NCBI RefSeq assembly: GCF_000315625.1
Contig: NW_005434615.1
Span: 192,852-256,851, forward strand
Origin: Guillardia theta CCMP2712
Taxonomy: Eukaryota > Protista > Cryptophyta
DNA: 64,000 nucleotides
Direction of reading: 5' to 3'
The position numbers were made by a program, and so were the translations under genes. How positions within the stretch are numbered: position 1 is the first letter of the stretch; each line of letters opens with the position of its first letter. Shown here in pieces: positions 61,003 to 64,000 of this stretch. A model generated the notes under the pieces. That model was not told the DNA's origin. It saw nothing but the letters and a program-made list of their open reading frames with translations, and did no database searches.

Positions 61003-64000
61003 ATGTCGGGACTCATGAAGAACCCCAAAGTTGCTGTTTTGTTTTCGTTCCTTGTGCAAATGATGTTTGAACAATCTTGTTCGAGAACTAGCGCTCGTAT
61101 CATGGAAGATCCCTCTGCCGAAATGGGTCATTCCAACTTGTTGTTGAGGGCGATGAACAGCACGATACATGTTCTCGAAGAGGCTGCAGGCATAGGCGGA
61201 GTGGCAGGGATGGCTCTCACCAATCAGCCTGTCGTGAGAGTGAGAGGTGAACTCGATCGTGTGTACGTTTCGTTCGGAAACAACCCCGGCTGTGGCACTT
61301 TGCTAGGTACGACTGTCGCAACAGTGAAGAACGGCCTTGCGGTCTTCACAGATGTTGGTATATCGCAACCAGGAGTTGGATACACCTTGAAGTTCTGCGC
61401 TGGAAATTGTGTCTCTATGAATGGAACTTACACGCACATCTTGCTCTCAAACCCGTTCGATGTTCTCTATGGAAGGTTGCTAGGGGTTGACAACATTGAA
61501 ACCCTCCAAGTTGACCAGTTGTTCCAATTCTCGGTCCTCGTTCAGAGGAACGTAGAAGTATCTGGCGTGTATTATTGGGATACAGCACAAGATTATGATT
61601 TCGGGATTCATGCTATGCTATGGGGTGACGGGAAACTGGTGGGGGATACGGTGATTTGGCCGGTAGATGGCAAGGCGACCTTCAGAAATTTGAGCTTGCA
61701 AACGAGTACAAGGGACACCCAGTTCCAAATCAAACTTTTCACTTGTTATGGCAGAGCAGAGATCTCATGTACGGATTCCCTCATGAGCACCTTCACCAAC
61801 TCGTTCTCGGTGTTGCCCGGTAGAGGGGTTGGGATCACAGTGATCACTTTGCCAACTTTGAACATGAGCGTTGCCGGATTGGCGTTGGGCAGCGTCTGCT
61901 CCTACAAAGTTGGGTCCAGGTGTCTGAAGAGAACTTCGATCCTTCCGCCGACAGTCGCACTCGTCGATGTCTACGGGAACTATGCTGACGGGAACGATTT
62001 CTTTGTTTGCGCTCAAGTCCATCAGCAGCTCTCTGTGAACGAGACCATTGGTGTAGAAGCGCAAGGGGTGTTGCTCAAGTTCGTAGAACGTGGAGTAGCT
62101 TCTTTCGACTCAGTGATTGTTCGGTCTTCCGGCAATGATTTTGTTCTTTTCTTTCGCATCTACGAGGTCTCGGAGCTGCTTCCGAACTGCTCAAATCCCA
62201 GCTTTGCTAGCACGACGTCCGAGAGGTTCAGCATACTCGCTGCAGAGGTCAGTCAGCTCAAGGTCGTCGAGCAGCCTGCTGGAGCGATCGTAGCAAAGTC
62301 AACGTCCAACGTCAGGGTCAGCGTTGCCTTTCAAGATAGTTTCGGAAACATCATCACCAATGCTCAAGGGTTGACTGTCTCTGCGGAGATCGGCCGGTTT
62401 CAGGGTACTTGCAGCTCATACAGCACATGCCCATCGAATGGCACTTTCATTCAGAATGGTCTTTCTACAGACGGAATTGTCACGTTTGCAAGTATAAGGT
62501 TGTCAACGGTTGGAACGTATCAGCTCAAATTTTTCTCCATGTCCCTTTCTGCTCTAACCACCAATTTTGAAATAGTAAGCAGCACTGCGTACATTATCGC
62601 GATGTCGACCAGCCCCACCGATTCTTCATGCTCGTGGAAATCAGGCTCTACGGGAGATGTCCAATGCACTTTTGGAGGAATTTTGATTCCTCAACCGGCT
62701 TTCATGATCTATGATCAGTTTGGGAATGTTGCTAACGCAGATAGCAATGTGTATGAGCTCTCTGTCGTCGGAACCGGAGCAAACAGCCCAAGCCTGATTT
62801 GCGACGACTCGTTCCCTGCCAACCAGAACTGCAGGGCCTCCAGTGTGGGTGGGATCGTGAAATTCACGGACGTGCGGGTGGACCAGACTAGCTCCCAGCT
62901 GCAGCTGCTCCTCTCTTTGCCGAACTGTTACGCTCTGACGAGGTGTGATGACCCCAGCAAGTTCATCAGCACAGCAGAGACAGACCCCTTCAACGTGTAC
63001 GCCATCCGTGACATCGTCCTCAACTCCAACGTGTGGGGGATTGTAGCCGGCTGCCCGTCGCAGACTGGAATCCTGCTCAGAACCTTCGGGTACCTAGAAA
63101 ACACGGGCAAGAACGTTTTCATCCCTGTCAACGGAGGGAACGTCGTCGTCTCCCTCTTCGTCTGCGGGGTACAGTACGATGACTTTCAGCTCTCATCTCC
63201 CGTGCAGGTCGTCGAGCAGTACACTGGAGCCTTCAGGCAGACGACCGAGGTCATCAATGGGAAGAGCGTCTTCAACAAGGAGATTCCTGTCGTCGGGGTG
63301 CCTTACTACGCCTACTTCTGCAGCGCCGTTCTCCCTCCTTGCACGACTTCCTCCTGGATCGTTTCTGCCGACAAGGGAAGCTGCAACATCACGAGACTGA
63401 GCGCTGCCGGCCGCTTCGTCCTCATCTGCGGAGTTGAGAGCGCACCCAGCAAGATCAGTTTGAGTGCTATGAGGTGGTTCCATCCCAAGAACGCTTCTTG
63501 GACACAGGGCACTAGCGCCAACCTCACGCTCAGCCCCATCTCCCGAGCATGCGACACTAGCAGCGGCTCCAGTGAGCTGTGGGGCCAGTCCTCAGCCAAG
63601 TTCGTTGACGGCATCGCCTCCTTCGGCAACCTCAGGATGAACATCTCCGGCCTGCACACCCTTCGCTTCCTGATCCAGTTCGACGGCTCCACGGAGACAT
63701 TCGTGCGCGAGGGTTCGCTGAACGTCTCCGTTGGCGCTGCATGGGACCTCAACGTCATCCGCCAGCCCTCGCAGATGGTCGTCGGGCAATTCTCGTCCCC
63801 CACGTTCGTCCTCCTACTCCTCAACCTCCAGGGCGACGTAGTGAGGGGGTGGAGCTGCGATGGCCTGTCGTGTTCCATCCCCGGGCCCAGCAAGCACCAC
63901 GTGCAAGTCACACTGGTTGCACTCAACGGCTCAGTCCCGGCATACAAGACGATCTCGCAGGAGACTGTGCTTGGGTTGGAGTTTTCCTTCAACTTTACCA
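61003..64000 (+). CDS. Large secreted/surface protein with tandem bacterial-Ig-like beta repeats; intronless over ~1000 codons and open at the window end
   Basis: Read by hand with no stop from ATG 61003 (MSGLMKNPKVAVLFSFLVQMM...) to 64000. Repeating motif GxxxFxx(L/V)x(I/L)...GxYxLxF occurs as GLAVFTDVGISQPGVGYTLKF, GKATFRNLSL, GVASFDSVIV, GIVTFASIRLSTVGTYQLKF, GIVKFTDVRV and GIASFGNLRMNISGLHTLRF. DxxGN motifs precede several copies. Confidence 0.85.
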   Translation, partial: MSGLMKNPKVAVLFSFLVQMMFEQSCSRTSARIMEDPSAEMGHSNLLLRAMNSTIHVLEEAAGIGGVAGMALTNQPVVRVRGELDRVYVSFGNNPGCGTLLGTTVATVKNGLAVFTDVGISQPGVGYTLKFCAGNCVSMNGTYTHILLSNPFDVLYGRLLGVDNIETLQVDQLFQFSVLVQRNVEVSGVYYWDTAQDYDFGIHAMLWGDGKLVGDTVIWPVDGKATFRNLSLQTSTRDTQFQIKLFTCYGRAEISCTDSLMSTFTNSFSVLPGRGVGITVITLPTLNMSVAGLALGSVCSYKVGSRCLKRTSILPPTVALVDVYGNYADGNDFFVCAQVHQQLSVNETIGVEAQGVLLKFVERGVASFDSVIVRSSGNDFVLFFRIYEVSELLPNCSNPSFASTTSERFSILAAEVSQLKVVEQPAGAIVAKSTSNVRVSVAFQDSFGNIITNAQGLTVSAEIGRFQGTCSSYSTCPSNGTFIQNGLSTDGIVTFASIRLSTVGTYQLKFFSMSLSALTTNFEIVSSTAYIIAMSTSPTDSSCSWKSGSTGDVQCTFGGILIPQPAFMIYDQFGNVANADSNVYELSVVGTGANSPSLICDDSFPANQNCRASSVGGIVKFTDVRVDQTSSQLQLLLSLPNCYALTRCDDPSKFISTAETDPFNVYAIRDIVLNSNVWGIVAGCPSQTGILLRTFGYLENTGKNVFIPVNGGNVVVSLFVCGVQYDDFQLSSPVQVVEQYTGAFRQTTEVINGKSVFNKEIPVVGVPYYAYFCSAVLPPCTTSSWIVSADKGSCNITRLSAAGRFVLICGVESAPSKISLSAMRWFHPKNASWTQGTSANLTLSPISRACDTSSGSSELWGQSSAKFVDGIASFGNLRMNISGLHTLRFLIQFDGSTETFVREGSLNVSVGAAWDLNVIRQPSQMVVGQFSSPTFVLLLLNLQGDVVRGWSCDGLSCSIPGPSKHHVQVTLVALNGSVPAYKTISQETVLGLEFSFNFT

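Overview
Eukaryotic nuclear DNA, not prokaryotic. It is gene-dense, with many short (~45-60 nt) spliceosomal introns (often with CTGA-type branch points), purine/pyrimidine microsatellites in introns, and signal-peptide+Phe bipartite plastid presequences. These traits point to an alga with a complex red-derived plastid, most consistent with a cryptophyte such as Guillardia theta (inference). About 25 protein-coding genes can be reconstructed by hand, mostly on alternating strands: a tandem ADF-H protein, an ELAPOR/KIAA1324-like receptor, an orphan putative plastid protein, an ODF3/SHIPPO-repeat protein, WBP2-like, a TIA1/Pub1-like 3xRRM protein, PDE12, an MFS transporter, a PEPCK-like pseudoenzyme, PSI- and PA-domain proteins, a CEP164-like WW protein, Rsm22/METTL17, two cyclophilins (one with a thylakoid-lumen presequence), a SirB1-like protein, GPI8, a TM+CRAL-TRIO protein, a CLC transporter, a C2H2 protein, RNase III-dsRBD, and an intronless ~1000-codon Ig-like-repeat secreted protein that the ORF track missed. 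There are two assembly gaps. No rRNA, tRNA, CRISPR or recognisable transposon was seen. The most unusual unexplained signals are (1) a modular sequence vocabulary in divergent intergenic spacers (GGGGTA/TACCCC-rich blocks, CCGG/GGCC/CTGAG-rich blocks, AT-rich blocks), (2) recurrent GC-AG introns, and (3) several enzymes with altered catalytic motifs. Exon boundaries are manual and approximate, and family calls come from motif recognition, not database searches.
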